A stretch of DNA of 64,000 bases from NCBI GenBank assembly GCA_964512315.1, contig CAZEIK010000003.1:22548-86547 (forward strand). Direction: 5' to 3'. The stretch is from an uncultured Candidatus Saccharibacteria bacterium (GTDB lineage Bacteria > Patescibacteriota > Minisyncoccia > Phycocordibacterales > UBA5272). The position numbers and the translations under genes are program-made. The notes under the pieces are model-generated. The model worked only from the letters and a program-made list of their open reading frames with translations, did no database searches and was not told where the DNA came from. Below are positions 18,898 to 29,230 of this stretch, in pieces. Numbering within the stretch: position 1 is the first letter of the stretch; each line of letters begins with the position of its first letter.

Positions 18898-19875
18898 CTA
18901 GCTGTCAAGGCCAATGACTTTTCTAACTTCTTGCATTTTCTGCTGTGCAACAAGTCTCACTCTCTTACCGTTCTCCTCAAGTAGAGTATTTAATTTGTCA
19001 GGATTAGCTAGAAGCTCATTATACTTTTCAACCTTACCCTCTCTCCAAGTCAGTATTGTGTTATAGAGGTCGTCTTTTGCCTCTTTGTAACCATAACCAC
19101 CATTTTCAAATTTTGCACGAAGGGTTGCAACTTCATCCTGATTCAAGAAATGTTTATGTATATTAAAAATATTATTAGTGTCTGGATCTTTTTTATCTGC
19201 TGGTGCTGCTGAATCAGTAACAATACTCATGACAGCCTTCTTCACCTCTTCATCTGACCCAAAGAGTGGTATTACATTCCCTTTACTTTTGCTCATTTTC
19301 TGTCCATCAACGCCAGGTATAGTGCCAACATTTTCAACAGTATAATCTTTTGGTAATTTGAAAACTTCTTCATTCCAAGCTCTGTTGAAAAAACCAGCAA
19401 TGTCGCGAGCGTACTCAACATGTTGCTTTTGATCTGCTCCAACAGGAACAATGTCAGCATTATAAATTAAAATATCCGCAGCCATAAGTACCGGATAATC
19501 GAACAAGCCCACATTCACTTCTTTGTTCTTAGCTTCATGATCTTTAAATGCATGCGCGCGCATAAGATAAGGCATAGTAACTATATTGTTCAATATTACA
19601 CAAAGCTCAGCATGCTCAGGTATACTAGACTGTTTAAATATAAATTCAGGGTTAAGTCCACAAGCTATATAAGCTGCCGCTATTTCAAGTGTTGAAGCTT
19701 TGATTGCATTTTTATCTTTTACTGTAGTTAACGCATGATAGTCAGCTATAAAAATATAAGGCGAGTGCTCATCATTATTCGCTAAGTCTATATTTTGCTT
19801 TAATGCACCAAAATAATTACCAAAATGTAATTTGCCGCTCGCTTGCACTCCAGAGACCAAAACTTTTTTACTCAT
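18898..19875 (-). CDS. trpS: Tryptophan--tRNA ligase
   Basis: SGVQASGKLHFGNYFGA, YPVLMAADIL, VPVGADQKQH, KMSKS. Confidence 0.97.
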   Translation of the reverse strand: MSKKVLVSGVQASGKLHFGNYFGALKQNIDLANNDEHSPYIFIADYHALTTVKDKNAIKASTLEIAAAYIACGLNPEFIFKQSSIPEHAELCVILNNIVTMPYLMRAHAFKDHEAKNKEVNVGLFDYPVLMAADILIYNADIVPVGADQKQHVEYARDIAGFFNRAWNEEVFKLPKDYTVENVGTIPGVDGQKMSKSKGNVIPLFGSDEEVKKAVMSIVTDSAAPADKKDPDTNNIFNIHKHFLNQDEVATLRAKFENGGYGYKEAKDDLYNTILTWREGKVEKYNELLANPDKLNTLLEENGKRVRLVAQQKMQEVRKVIGLDS

Positions 19876-19885
19876 AGGAATATTA

Positions 19886-19933
19886 TAACACAAAACAAAA
19901 TGACCCTTGTGGGGGTCATTTTGTTTTGTGTTA
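19886..19933. terminator. Long inverted repeat (terminator) overlapping trpS -10 element
   Basis: TAACACAAAACAAAATGACCC-N6-GGGTCATTTTGTTTTGTGTTA. Confidence 0.7.
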
Positions 19934-19937
19934 AGTC

Positions 19938-21056
19938 TTATTGAGCTTTGGTCTCAGTAGAACTCTTAGCTGACTCTATCGCTTTTAATGCAGCAGAAAT
20001 CTCTGCATTATTAGGAAGTCTTACATTAAGCTCCTTAAGAACTAACTCCTCTTGATCTTTTAATCCTATCATCTTGTAAATGTTGTACAGGTACATTAGA
20101 GGCAAATTGTTAGAAGAGTCATAATTGAATGCAGCTTGAGCATTTAATGTCATTCTAGAGACAACGTCAGCAACTTCTTCTGGAGAAGATGAAGCGGACA
20201 TGCTTTGTAACCTGGCTAAATCAATATCAACTAATCCTAAGTAATAAACATCAAATGGTGCAACTCCTATCGCTTTGTTAAGATTATCTTCTGCTACTTG
20301 TAGATCGCGATTACCTGCAGCTACATAAGCTTTTACATAATATGTACCAGCAACTACACGGAATCCGTTGTGAATAACCCAACCCAAAGCCAAACAGAAC
20401 AATACTACAAGAGTAACTCTGTTAACCAGCGAAACACTTTTTACAGTAAAATTCTTAGCTTCAAATATAAATCCTAGAGCAATACCTAGAAGCGCTGCTG
20501 CTGCGTACCAGAACGGATATTGATATATGCTGTTAAATGATACTATCGGCTTAACAAAATAAGCAACATACTCTGACAAAGCTGACACGCTCCTAGAAAG
20601 AGCTGCGAATAAATAAGGTACCCCTAATGCTACGAGAGAAGCAACTAACATTACCATTCTAGAGTTACCTCTCAGAACTGACGCCAGATAAACAACTGGT
20701 GCAAGGCTTAATATTGCAGCAATACTAACCGGAGCAACACCTTTACCAAATATAACAAAAGATAAAGGTAGATTAGTTTCTGCAACATACGCTACATATG
20801 CGACAACAGCCAGAACTAATGTGCTAACCAAAAGTAACATATTACCAGCTACTTCTTTGCCTCTAAAGCTGTTATACATTAGAGAAGTAACTACAATTAG
20901 AAATGTAATACTAGCGACACAAATTGTAATTGCCCAGTGAGGGAAAACATTTTGCGGCAAGAAGAAACTAGTAAACATCAATGGTGTTACTGCGAATAAA
21001 TAAATGAATAAATTTGATAAAGAAAAATTATTAGACTTAGTAACTTTAGCTTTCAT
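19938..21056 (-). CDS. Multi-pass membrane protein with C-terminal TPR-like helices
   Basis: Multiple hydrophobic segments then AEDNLNKAIGVAPFDVYY. Confidence 0.7.
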   Translation of the reverse strand: MKAKVTKSNNFSLSNLFIYLFAVTPLMFTSFFLPQNVFPHWAITICVASITFLIVVTSLMYNSFRGKEVAGNMLLLVSTLVLAVVAYVAYVAETNLPLSFVIFGKGVAPVSIAAILSLAPVVYLASVLRGNSRMVMLVASLVALGVPYLFAALSRSVSALSEYVAYFVKPIVSFNSIYQYPFWYAAAALLGIALGFIFEAKNFTVKSVSLVNRVTLVVLFCLALGWVIHNGFRVVAGTYYVKAYVAAGNRDLQVAEDNLNKAIGVAPFDVYYLGLVDIDLARLQSMSASSSPEEVADVVSRMTLNAQAAFNYDSSNNLPLMYLYNIYKMIGLKDQEELVLKELNVRLPNNAEISAALKAIESAKSSTETKAQ

Positions 21057-21104
21057 GTTTATAAATTGTAACACGCTAAGCAAGGTTGCTGTTGTGGATA
21101 TGTA

Positions 21105-22193
21105 TTACACACCCTCCTCTCTCAATTCTTCTACTAATGTTTTTGCTTTGCGAGACAACTTTTTAGGTAACTCTATAGACAATCTAATTATCACATCACC
21201 ACGACCGCGCTTGTTAATATTAGGTACTCCACGACTTGATATTCTTATAGACTCCCCGATACTTGCTCCTGCTGGTATTTCAAAAGAGATATCACCATCT
21301 AGTCCGCCAATCGTTTCTTGCTTACCGAGTAATGCATCAGTTAACTTTATCTTATGAGTTATTACAAGGTCGAATCCCTCCCTGTGCCAATTCTTATCAT
21401 TAGAAACACGTATTTTAACAAAAAGATCTCCTGACTGAGCACCCTTCATAGCTTCACCCATGCCAGACATTTTAATCATTTCACCATTACTAATAGCAGC
21501 TGGAATAATTATATTTACCTCTTCTCTCACATTTTTAATACCAAGACCTTTACAATCAGAACAAGTCTCTTTTGGTATTGTGCCAACACCTTCACAATCA
21601 TCGCAAGTCTTCACAGTCTGAAATGCGCCCATGAATGTTTTTCTTGTTTCGTGTATTTTACCTTTACCATTGCATTTATCACATGTTTTTGTGCCGCTGC
21701 CAGGCTTACCACCTGTGGCGTTACAGGTCTTACATTTTGCGATTTTTGAAATCAAAACTTTTCTTTCTGTGCCGAACACACTCTCAACAAAAGGTATCTC
21801 TATTTCTATAGATATATCCCTGCCTCTTCTAACTCTACCTGATCCCTCGAATCCAAAACCAGAAAACATATCTCCAAATATGTCACCGAGATCACCAAAA
21901 TCAAATTGCATATCTGAGAACTGTGACGGATCGAATCCTCCACCGAACCCTCCAAAACCAGACCCAGCCCCTGGATTAGAATGAGAAAAGCTTTCGCCGT
22001 ACATGTCATACTCTTTTCTCTTTTTGTCGTCACTTAGAATCTGATAAGCTTCGTTGACCTCCTTGAACTTTGCTTCATCACCACCTTTGTCTGGGTGATA
22101 CTTAGCAGCAAGCTTATAAAAAGCCTTTTTTATTTCATCTTTACTAGCACTTTTTGTAACACCTAATGTTGAATAATGATCTTTTTTAGCCAT
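21105..22193 (-). CDS. dnaJ: Chaperone DnaJ
   Basis: HPD J-domain, G/F region, four CxxCxGxG-type repeats. Confidence 0.97.
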   Translation of the reverse strand: MAKKDHYSTLGVTKSASKDEIKKAFYKLAAKYHPDKGGDEAKFKEVNEAYQILSDDKKRKEYDMYGESFSHSNPGAGSGFGGFGGGFDPSQFSDMQFDFGDLGDIFGDMFSGFGFEGSGRVRRGRDISIEIEIPFVESVFGTERKVLISKIAKCKTCNATGGKPGSGTKTCDKCNGKGKIHETRKTFMGAFQTVKTCDDCEGVGTIPKETCSDCKGLGIKNVREEVNIIIPAAISNGEMIKMSGMGEAMKGAQSGDLFVKIRVSNDKNWHREGFDLVITHKIKLTDALLGKQETIGGLDGDISFEIPAGASIGESIRISSRGVPNINKRGRGDVIIRLSIELPKKLSRKAKTLVEELREEGV

Positions 22194-22205
22194 ACTTAAG
22201 AGGAA

Positions 22206-22251
22206 ATATAACACAAAGCCGGTTGCGTACGCAACCGGCTTTGTGTTATAT
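22206..22251. repeat. Perfect 46-bp palindrome (terminator overlapping dnaJ promoter)
   Basis: ATATAACACAAAGCCGGTTGCGT|ACGCAACCGGCTTTGTGTTATAT. Confidence 0.9.
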
Positions 22252-22258
22252 AAAATTA

Positions 22259-24133
22259 CTAATTTTGCCCTTCGTTATTCTGATCTTTTTGTTCAACATT
22301 TGGATCAGCTTCTGAAGCTTGTGTAGCATCATTAGCCGTCTTCATAGCTTCACCAATCTTCATCATAGAAGTGTTAAGCGCCTCGCTAGCTGACTTGATC
22401 TTATCTACATCGTTACTGTCTTTAGCTTGTTTTATTTCTGATATTTTGTCCATTACTTCTTTTTTAATATCATCACCTATCTTGCCTTCAGCATCCTTAA
22501 GAGCCTTCTCAGCCGTATGTATTAATTGATCCGCCATATTCTTAGACTCAGCTACTTCTTTTTTCTTTTCATCCTCAGCAGCATGAGTCTCAGCATCAGC
22601 TTGCATCTTGGCTATCTCTTCTTTCGAAAGTCCTGATGAAGCCTCGATACGAATAGTAGACTCTTTACCACTTGTCTTGTCTTTAGCTTTTACATTTAAT
22701 ATTCCGTTAGCATCAACATCAAATGTAACCTCGACTTGTGGCACGCCACGTGGAGCTGGTGGAATACCATCAAGAATGAATCTACCCAGTGACTTATTAT
22801 CTGCTGCCATTGGGCGCTCACCTTGTACTATGTGTATCTCAACTGATGTCTGATTGTCAGCAGCTGTTGAGAAAGTCTGTGAACGTTGTGTAGGTATTGT
22901 TGTATTTTTCTCGACTAACTTAGTTGCAACGTTACCCATAGTCTCAATACCAAGTGATAGAGGTATCACATCTAGCAGTAACACATCCTTAACATCTCCT
23001 TGTAGAACTCCAGCTTGCACAGCAGCACCGAGAGCAACAACCTCATCAGGGTTAACACTTCTGTTGGGATCTTTACCAAAAAGATTCTTAACAGATTCAA
23101 CTATCATTGGCATACGAGTCTGACCTCCAACCATAATAATCTCGTTAATGTCAGATTTTGAGAATCCAGAGTCTTTAAGAGTCTGCTCAGTTATCTTTAT
23201 TGATCTTTCAACAAAAGGTCTAGCGATACTCTCAAGTTGTGCGCGAGTAAAAGTAACGTCAAGATTCTTAGGCCCTTCAGCTCCTACTGATATGTAAGGC
23301 AAGAATATCTTAGACTCAACTTGAGTTGATAATTCATGTTTTGCTTTCTCTGCTGCCTCATCCACTCTTTGCATTGCAAGAGTATCAGTTGATAAGTCTA
23401 TGCCAGACTCCTTTTTAAATTGATCAACAATATAAGCAACTATCTCTTGATCTATGTCACGACCTCCCAAGTGTGAGTCTCCACCTGTTGCCTTAACCTC
23501 AACTACACCATCCCCAACCTCCAGAATAGAGATATCAAAAGTACCTCCTCCAAAGTCATACACCGCCAACTTCTCATTTGCCTTCTTGTCGAATCCGTAC
23601 GCGAGCGCTGCTGCAGTAGGCTCATTAATAATGCGCTTAACATCTAGTCCAGCTATTTGGCCAGCGTCCTTAGTAGCTTGGCGTTGTGAGTCGTTGAAGT
23701 ATGCAGGAACTGTAATAACAGCCTCAGTAACTTTCTCACCAATCTTAGCTTCTACATCAGCTTTAATCTTTTGCAATATCATTGCTGATATTTCCTCTGG
23801 GCGCATGTCTTTGCCACCAAGGTTAACCAAAACACCATTAGTATCCCCCGCCTTAACACTGTATGTTACTCGGCCAAGATCATCTTGCACCTCTTTATCG
23901 CTAAAGCTATGCCCCATATAACGCTTTACACCGTATATAGTATCCTTAGGATTCATAACTGCTTGACGCTTAGCTATAACACCCACTGTGCGCTCACCAG
24001 CCTTAGACACACTCACCACTGACGGTGTTGTGCGCATACCTTCTATATTTTCTATAATTTTAGGTACACCACCTTCCATTATCGCTACAGCTGAGTTAGT
24101 TGTTCCTAAGTCAATTCCAATTATTTTTGCCAT
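22259..24133 (-). CDS. dnaK: Chaperone DnaK
   Basis: [40 protein letters not shown]. Confidence 0.98.
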   Translation of the reverse strand: MAKIIGIDLGTTNSAVAIMEGGVPKIIENIEGMRTTPSVVSVSKAGERTVGVIAKRQAVMNPKDTIYGVKRYMGHSFSDKEVQDDLGRVTYSVKAGDTNGVLVNLGGKDMRPEEISAMILQKIKADVEAKIGEKVTEAVITVPAYFNDSQRQATKDAGQIAGLDVKRIINEPTAAALAYGFDKKANEKLAVYDFGGGTFDISILEVGDGVVEVKATGGDSHLGGRDIDQEIVAYIVDQFKKESGIDLSTDTLAMQRVDEAAEKAKHELSTQVESKIFLPYISVGAEGPKNLDVTFTRAQLESIARPFVERSIKITEQTLKDSGFSKSDINEIIMVGGQTRMPMIVESVKNLFGKDPNRSVNPDEVVALGAAVQAGVLQGDVKDVLLLDVIPLSLGIETMGNVATKLVEKNTTIPTQRSQTFSTAADNQTSVEIHIVQGERPMAADNKSLGRFILDGIPPAPRGVPQVEVTFDVDANGILNVKAKDKTSGKESTIRIEASSGLSKEEIAKMQADAETHAAEDEKKKEVAESKNMADQLIHTAEKALKDAEGKIGDDIKKEVMDKISEIKQAKDSNDVDKIKSASEALNTSMMKIGEAMKTANDATQASEADPNVEQKDQNNEGQN

Positions 24134-24177
24134 AATATTTTAAGTTTATTTAATTTTAGTTAATTTAATAATAAAAA

Positions 24178-24444
24178 CTAAAGATATACAGGTGGTGCAA
24201 GCAAATTAGAATATATTATAAAATCACTCTTAACTAATTTGTTATTTTTAACAACAAAATAACTTTTATTTTGAGGTGCGCACTTGTTTAAAAAAGAACA
24301 AAAGAATTTTGAAATATTCTCTACGACCTCTTTTACTTTTTTAACTAGAGTGAAAACAAAATTAACCACTACCAAAAATACAGCAAATATATCTTCTGCT
24401 ATTTCATACAAAACTATATATTTTTTCTGTATTATTATTTGCAT
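24178..24444 (-). CDS. Hypothetical small protein
   Basis: ORF filling the grpE-dnaK gap, start overlapping the grpE stop; very AT-rich. Confidence 0.45.
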   Translation of the reverse strand: MQIIIQKKYIVLYEIAEDIFAVFLVVVNFVFTLVKKVKEVVENISKFFCSFLNKCAPQNKSYFVVKNNKLVKSDFIIYSNLLAPPVYL

Positions 24445-24980
24445 TAGTTTTTGTAAACTTTTACTTTTGCTGGCCTAATTATAACACCATTTAACTTGTA
24501 ACCACGCATAATCACCTGTGCGATTTTCTCATTAAGATTAGCGTCTTGTGTGGCTACACTTTCCAGAGCTTCGTGAATATTAGCATCATAGGTATCACCT
24601 TCAACTCCAAATGCTTCCAATCCTTCAGCTTGTAGCTTATCTTTAAAAGTCTTAAATATATATTCTATACCACTGCGCCAATTAGTATCAACAGACTCCC
24701 AGGCTGCCTTATTGCTCCTTGCTGCATCATAAGTGTCCAATACTGGCAAAAGGTCCATGACGAATCTTTTGATGGCGTATTTGGCTGTTTCAGACTTTTC
24801 TTTTGCGATTTCTTTTTCTCTGTTAGCATAGTCTGCTTGCGCGCGTTGCCACCCAGAAAGATACTCTGACTTTTCTCCTTCTAATTTCTTTATTTTCTCT
24901 TTTAACTTAGCCACAGCTACTTTGACACTTTCTTCTCCGTTCTCATCTAATTGTTCAAAAATAACATCATCTTCATTCAT
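24444..24980 (-). CDS. grpE: Nucleotide exchange factor GrpE
   Basis: WQRAQADYAN, LLPVLD, HEA, GYKLNGVIIRPAKVKV. Confidence 0.95.
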   Translation of the reverse strand: MNEDDVIFEQLDENGEESVKVAVAKLKEKIKKLEGEKSEYLSGWQRAQADYANREKEIAKEKSETAKYAIKRFVMDLLPVLDTYDAARSNKAAWESVDTNWRSGIEYIFKTFKDKLQAEGLEAFGVEGDTYDANIHEALESVATQDANLNEKIAQVIMRGYKLNGVIIRPAKVKVYKN

Positions 24981-25019
24981 ACTAATACTTTATATACAAA
25001 AATATTTTTCCTGTCAAGA

Positions 25020-25053
25020 AAACAAAAACCTCGCCGATGCGAGGTTTTTGTTT
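25020..25053. terminator. Intrinsic terminator after rpsI
   Basis: AAACAAAAACCTCGC-CGAT-GCGAGGTTTTTGTTT. Confidence 0.8.
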
Positions 25054-25072
25054 GATTTGTTTTTGAAATAGA

Positions 25073-25471
25073 TTAACGTTTTGACCAAGTTGGTGACTTG
25101 CGAGCTTTTTTCAATCCTGGCTTCTTTCTTTCTTTTGCACGAGGGTCACGCTTAAGGAATCCAATCTTCTTAAGATTAGAACGTAACTCAAGATCATGAG
25201 TAACGATAGCGCGAGCAAGACCGTGACGTACCGCCTCAGCTTGAGCATGTATACCTCCTCCTGTTACATGAGCAGAAACAGAGAATTGAGTTGAAACACC
25301 AGACTTTGGAAGAGCCTCTGTTGCAACTAATTGCATTTCTTTGGTTGGGAAATAATCCTTAACCTCTTTGTCGTTAATAGTAAAAGTAACTTTTGTAGAT
25401 GGAGTAATACGAACACGAGCAATTGATGTTTTGCGGCGACCTATTCCTTCGATGTATTTAGCGTTTGACAT
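25073..25471 (-). CDS. rpsI: 30S ribosomal protein S9
   Basis: GRRKTSIARV, GGGIHAQAEAVRHG, RDPRAKERKKPGLKKARK..SKR. Confidence 0.97.
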   Translation of the reverse strand: MSNAKYIEGIGRRKTSIARVRITPSTKVTFTINDKEVKDYFPTKEMQLVATEALPKSGVSTQFSVSAHVTGGGIHAQAEAVRHGLARAIVTHDLELRSNLKKIGFLKRDPRAKERKKPGLKKARKSPTWSKR

Positions 25472-25488
25472 ATATTAAATAATTTAAA

Positions 25489-25833
25489 TTACTCGGTAAT
25501 CTCCAAGTTTTTCATACGAGTATCTGCTAATCTGTTCTTAGGAAGCATTCCGTATACTGCGTGCTTGATAAGCTCTCCATATCCCTTCTTAGCTGCTACG
25601 ATACCAATAGTTAGCTCTTTCAATCCTCCTGGGTATCCTGAGTATCTCTTGTGTAGTAACTCATTCATCTTGTCTCCAGTTACACGTAATTTAGAAGCAT
25701 TCTCTATTTTAACCTTAACGTCAAGAACTTTATTTTTTACGAAATCTACAGAATTTTTACCATTAAGAAGAGCCGCTACTTCGCTAGCTAGTCTTCCAAG
25801 TGATTTTCCTGTTGCGTCAATTGTATATTTCAT
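25489..25833 (-). CDS. rplM: 50S ribosomal protein L13
   Basis: IDATGKSLGRLAS, YSGYPGGLK, AVYGMLPKN. Confidence 0.96.
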   Translation of the reverse strand: MKYTIDATGKSLGRLASEVAALLNGKNSVDFVKNKVLDVKVKIENASKLRVTGDKMNELLHKRYSGYPGGLKELTIGIVAAKKGYGELIKHAVYGMLPKNRLADTRMKNLEITE

Positions 25834-25838
25834 AATTT

Positions 25839-26192
25839 TTAAATAAATTCAATAATAGCCATCTCGCTAGCATCAGAAAGGCGAGGGTTCTTGCGGATGA
25901 TGCGAGTATAACCACCTTTTACATCTTTATACTTAGGAGCATACTCTGTCCAAAGTTTCTCAATCTCTATATCGTGATTGTATAGCTTAGATGCAGCTAG
26001 GCGTCTAGCGGCAATTGATCCGTTCTTAGCATAAGTAACCATTCTCTCAACAAAAGGACGAATCTCCTTAGCGCGAGCAATAGTTGTCTCGATACGACCG
26101 TGAATAATAAGAGAACTGACAAGACCTTTGACAAATGCCTTTCTTGCGTTTTTCTTTCTTCCAAATTTTCTGATGGCTTTATGATGCTTCAT
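25839..26192 (-). CDS. rplQ: 50S ribosomal protein L17
   Basis: IETTIARAKEIR, GGYTRI, DASEMAIIE. Confidence 0.96.
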   Translation of the reverse strand: MKHHKAIRKFGRKKNARKAFVKGLVSSLIIHGRIETTIARAKEIRPFVERMVTYAKNGSIAARRLAASKLYNHDIEIEKLWTEYAPKYKDVKGGYTRIIRKNPRLSDASEMAIIEFI

Positions 26193-26230
26193 AGCGGCAA
26201 AATTATAACACTAATTTTAATAAATTTCAA

Positions 26231-27202
26231 TTACTCCTCTTTTAGAGTAAGACCATAGTTAGCGACCAACTCTTTAATCTCATTGATACCCTTGTCTCCC
26301 ATACCTTCTATCTCTTTTACGTCAGTTAAAGATTTACGAACCAGACCTCCTAAAGTCTTAACTCCAGCTGCAATCAAAGTGTTAACGGTTCTTGTTGATA
26401 GAGCAAGATCTTCGATCTTGATTTTTGTAATATCCTCAGAAGATTCTGGTTCTTCTGTTACTGAACTAGTAACACTATCAGATGAAGAGTTGACCTCTTC
26501 TCTCGCAGAAAACTCTCTGTAGCCAACAATAGACTGTAATTGATGGATCATTGTTTGTATAGATGATTCAAAAGCTTCCTTTGCTGTAATAGACCCATCT
26601 GTCTCAATAGAGATACGAAGTCTGTTGTGATCTGTTCTATCTCCAACACGCATATTCTCAACCTCGTAAGACACGCGACGAATAGGAGTAAAAGCGGCAT
26701 CAAGAATAATGGCACCGATGTCAGCTTTTTCTTTAGAAATAAGCTCACGTGGCACGTATCCCAATCCTTTTTCAACTGTTAAGTTAATAGAGACCTCTTT
26801 ATTCTCTGTTATTTCGAAAAGATATTGATCTTTGTTTACAACTTCAACTTGAGTTGGAGTTTGTATGTCTTTAGAAGTAACCTTTTTTGGTCCTTTCACA
26901 GAAAGATTTATTTGTGTCTCCTCATCAGAGTGCAACTGAAAACGCACTTTCTTAAGGTTAAGAATAATAGCAATGACATCCTCCTTAACACCTTCTATTG
27001 TCGAGAACTCATGCTTCACACCATCGATATTGATAGAAGTAATAGCAGCTCCAGGTATAGAAGATAAGATCACACGGCGAAGAGAATTGCCTAATGTGTG
27101 GCCATATCCTGGGTATAGACCATCGATTTCAAAAATACCTATAGTATTTTCGTCTTTTATAATTTTAGGTTTTGTTGGGAGAAGAATTGAGTGTGATGAC
27201 AT
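26231..27202 (-). CDS. rpoA: RNA polymerase alpha subunit
   Basis: GYGHTLGNSLRRVILSSIPG, HEFSTIEGVKED, alpha-CTD IEDLALSTR. Confidence 0.98.
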   Translation of the reverse strand: MSSHSILLPTKPKIIKDENTIGIFEIDGLYPGYGHTLGNSLRRVILSSIPGAAITSINIDGVKHEFSTIEGVKEDVIAIILNLKKVRFQLHSDEETQINLSVKGPKKVTSKDIQTPTQVEVVNKDQYLFEITENKEVSINLTVEKGLGYVPRELISKEKADIGAIILDAAFTPIRRVSYEVENMRVGDRTDHNRLRISIETDGSITAKEAFESSIQTMIHQLQSIVGYREFSAREEVNSSSDSVTSSVTEEPESSEDITKIKIEDLALSTRTVNTLIAAGVKTLGGLVRKSLTDVKEIEGMGDKGINEIKELVANYGLTLKEE

Positions 27203-27270
27203 GTTTTTGAGGTTAAAACTTTTCTAATAATACTACACTTTTTGCTTTTTGGCAAAAGGCTTTGTGGATA

Positions 27271-27903
27271 CTAGCGAGAATAGAACTCTAGAACCTTACC
27301 GATGTCCAGAGCGTGATCTGTTTCGATTGGGTGAGCTGTAATCTTAGCTGACATTTTGCTAGGATCAACTGTCATCCAAGAAACAGTTTTGTGATCTTTT
27401 AGTTTGTCTGTAATAGAAGTGAAGATCTTAATTGCCTTACTTCCTTCTCTTACTGCGATCTCGTCGTCTACGTCTACTCTAAGAGATGGCACGTCTACTT
27501 TCTTACCGTTAACAACTATATGACCATGAGAAACTAATTGGCGAGCCAAAGAGCGAGATGTAGCTAGCCCCATACGGAACACTACATTATCAAGTCTTTC
27601 CTCAAGCTGCATAATAAGAGCCTGACCTTCATTTGTTTTGTGCTTAGCTGCAGCAGATTTCATGTTTGCAACATAATTAGCAAACTGCTTCTCTGAAAGA
27701 CCGTATATATTACGTATCTTTTGCTTTTCTCTTAGCTGCTCAGAGTACTCAGACTTGTTAGATCTGTGCTTTCTTTCGCTGTCACGTATTCCTGGTGGAT
27801 AAGGACGCTCAACAAAAGGACATTTTGGAGTAAAACACTTTTCTCCTTTTAGATAGAGCTTTTCTCCAGCTCTACGACACTTTTTACATTTTGCATCTGT
27901 CAT
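27271..27903 (-). CDS. rpsD: 30S ribosomal protein S4
   Basis: CKKCRRAGEKLYLKGEKC, QLREKQK, RLDNVVFRMG, EFYSR. Confidence 0.97.
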   Translation of the reverse strand: MTDAKCKKCRRAGEKLYLKGEKCFTPKCPFVERPYPPGIRDSERKHRSNKSEYSEQLREKQKIRNIYGLSEKQFANYVANMKSAAAKHKTNEGQALIMQLEERLDNVVFRMGLATSRSLARQLVSHGHIVVNGKKVDVPSLRVDVDDEIAVREGSKAIKIFTSITDKLKDHKTVSWMTVDPSKMSAKITAHPIETDHALDIGKVLEFYSR

Positions 27904-27948
27904 AAATTTATAATTAGTTAAAGTTAAATGAAAGTAAGGCTAATAATA

Positions 27949-28383
27949 CTAGACATGTCTAGGTTTCTTTGGTTTAGGGCCATTGTGTGGCACTGGTGTA
28001 CGGTCTTCAATGCTTGTAACATCTATATTAAAAGCAGAAAAGCTTCTGATTGCTGACTCGCGACCAGAACCAACACCCTTAACAACAACAGATACCTCTT
28101 TAATACCAGCTTGAGAAGCTTTTTCTCCTAGTAATTCTCCTATTTTAGAAGCAGCGAATGGTGTACCCTTCTTGGCACCTTTGAATCCTAAAGATCCAGA
28201 AGAAGACCAAGCAAGAGAGTTACCACTCTTATCTGTAAGAGTTACTCTTGTGTTGTTATAAGTAGATTCAACAAAAAGTATACCTTCTGTTACTTTTTTC
28301 TTTAGACCCTTTGCAAGAGATCTTGCCTTTAGAGATCCATCTACTCCTGAACTATTCTTTTTTACAATTCTCTTTTTTCCCAT
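27949..28383 (-). CDS. rpsK: 30S ribosomal protein S11
   Basis: STYNNT, GFKGAKKGTPFAA, GSGRESAIR, TPVPHNG. Confidence 0.97.
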   Translation of the reverse strand: MGKKRIVKKNSSGVDGSLKARSLAKGLKKKVTEGILFVESTYNNTRVTLTDKSGNSLAWSSSGSLGFKGAKKGTPFAASKIGELLGEKASQAGIKEVSVVVKGVGSGRESAIRSFSAFNIDVTSIEDRTPVPHNGPKPKKPRHV

Positions 28384-28415
28384 AATTTAAGTTAGTTTTC
28401 AATCAGAAGTTAATT

Positions 28416-28796
28416 TTATGTCTTCTCTGTCTTGCGGCGACCGCTACCCATAGTCTTACGTACATTTCCACGTACTGTACGACTGTTGGTTTTGGTGCGT
28501 TGACCTCTTGCTGGTAAATGTTTGATATGTCTTGTCCCACGATAACACTTGATATCTTTCAAGCGTTTGATTTCTTGCTGAATATCACGAGAAAGATCTC
28601 CTTCAATACGGTAGCCTTCTATTTCTTTACGAATAGCTGCCTCCGCATCTGCTGTTAGATCAGGAGTTTTAGTTCCATAATCTACTTTTGCAGCATCAAG
28701 AATCTTTCTTGCGCGAGATCTACCAATACCGTAAACGGCAGTTAAGGCGATCTCCATTCTTTTGTTTTCTGGTAAATTGATACCTGCGATACGCAT
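28416..28796 (-). CDS. rpsM: 30S ribosomal protein S13
   Basis: RIAGINLP, ALTAVYGIG, LPARGQRTKTNSRT. Confidence 0.97.
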   Translation of the reverse strand: MRIAGINLPENKRMEIALTAVYGIGRSRARKILDAAKVDYGTKTPDLTADAEAAIRKEIEGYRIEGDLSRDIQQEIKRLKDIKCYRGTRHIKHLPARGQRTKTNSRTVRGNVRKTMGSGRRKTEKT

Positions 28797-28815
28797 AAAT
28801 TATATTAATAATAAA

Positions 28816-28929
28816 TTACCCTTGTACTTGTTTGCACTTAGGATTTTTACAAATGACACGAAGCGCACCTCTGCGGCGCACCATCTGACAATTTGAACAG
28901 ATTTTTTTAATAGATGACCTTACTTTCAT
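28816..28929 (-). CDS. rpmJ: 50S ribosomal protein L36
   Basis: Below ORF-track cutoff; manual translation [37 protein letters not shown] between infA and rpsM. Confidence 0.95.
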   Translation of the reverse strand: MKVRSSIKKICSNCQMVRRRGALRVICKNPKCKQVQG

Positions 28930-28989
28930 GCAAGTCCTCGCAGTATACTATATTTTATTATTTTCCGCAAGAACTATATACCTTTTTAG

Positions 28990-29196
28990 CTAGAAACGTC
29001 TAACTATTCTACCTTTACCACCGTATTCGTCTAATTGAATAGATACTTTATCTCCAACTAGTATACGAATCTTATGTATACGCATCTTGCCACCCAAATA
29101 AACAATCATTTCTCCTCTGCTTGTTTCTACTCTAAAATGAGTGTTCGGCAATGCCGCAATAACTCTTCCCTCAATTACTTCTAATTCATCTTCCAT
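28990..29196 (-). CDS. infA: Translation initiation factor IF-1
   Basis: ALPNTHFRV, GKMRIHKIRILVGDKV, GRIVRR. Confidence 0.95.
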   Translation of the reverse strand: MEDELEVIEGRVIAALPNTHFRVETSRGEMIVYLGGKMRIHKIRILVGDKVSIQLDEYGGKGRIVRRF

Positions 29197-29230
29197 ATAA
29201 TAGACTGTTGATTTTACATTAATACATTGC

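Noticed and set aside
22608-23921. Long + strand ORFs opposite dnaK (and similar ones opposite leuS, dus, atpA and the LysM gene)
   Set aside because: Typical antisense shadows produced by codon bias; no start signals
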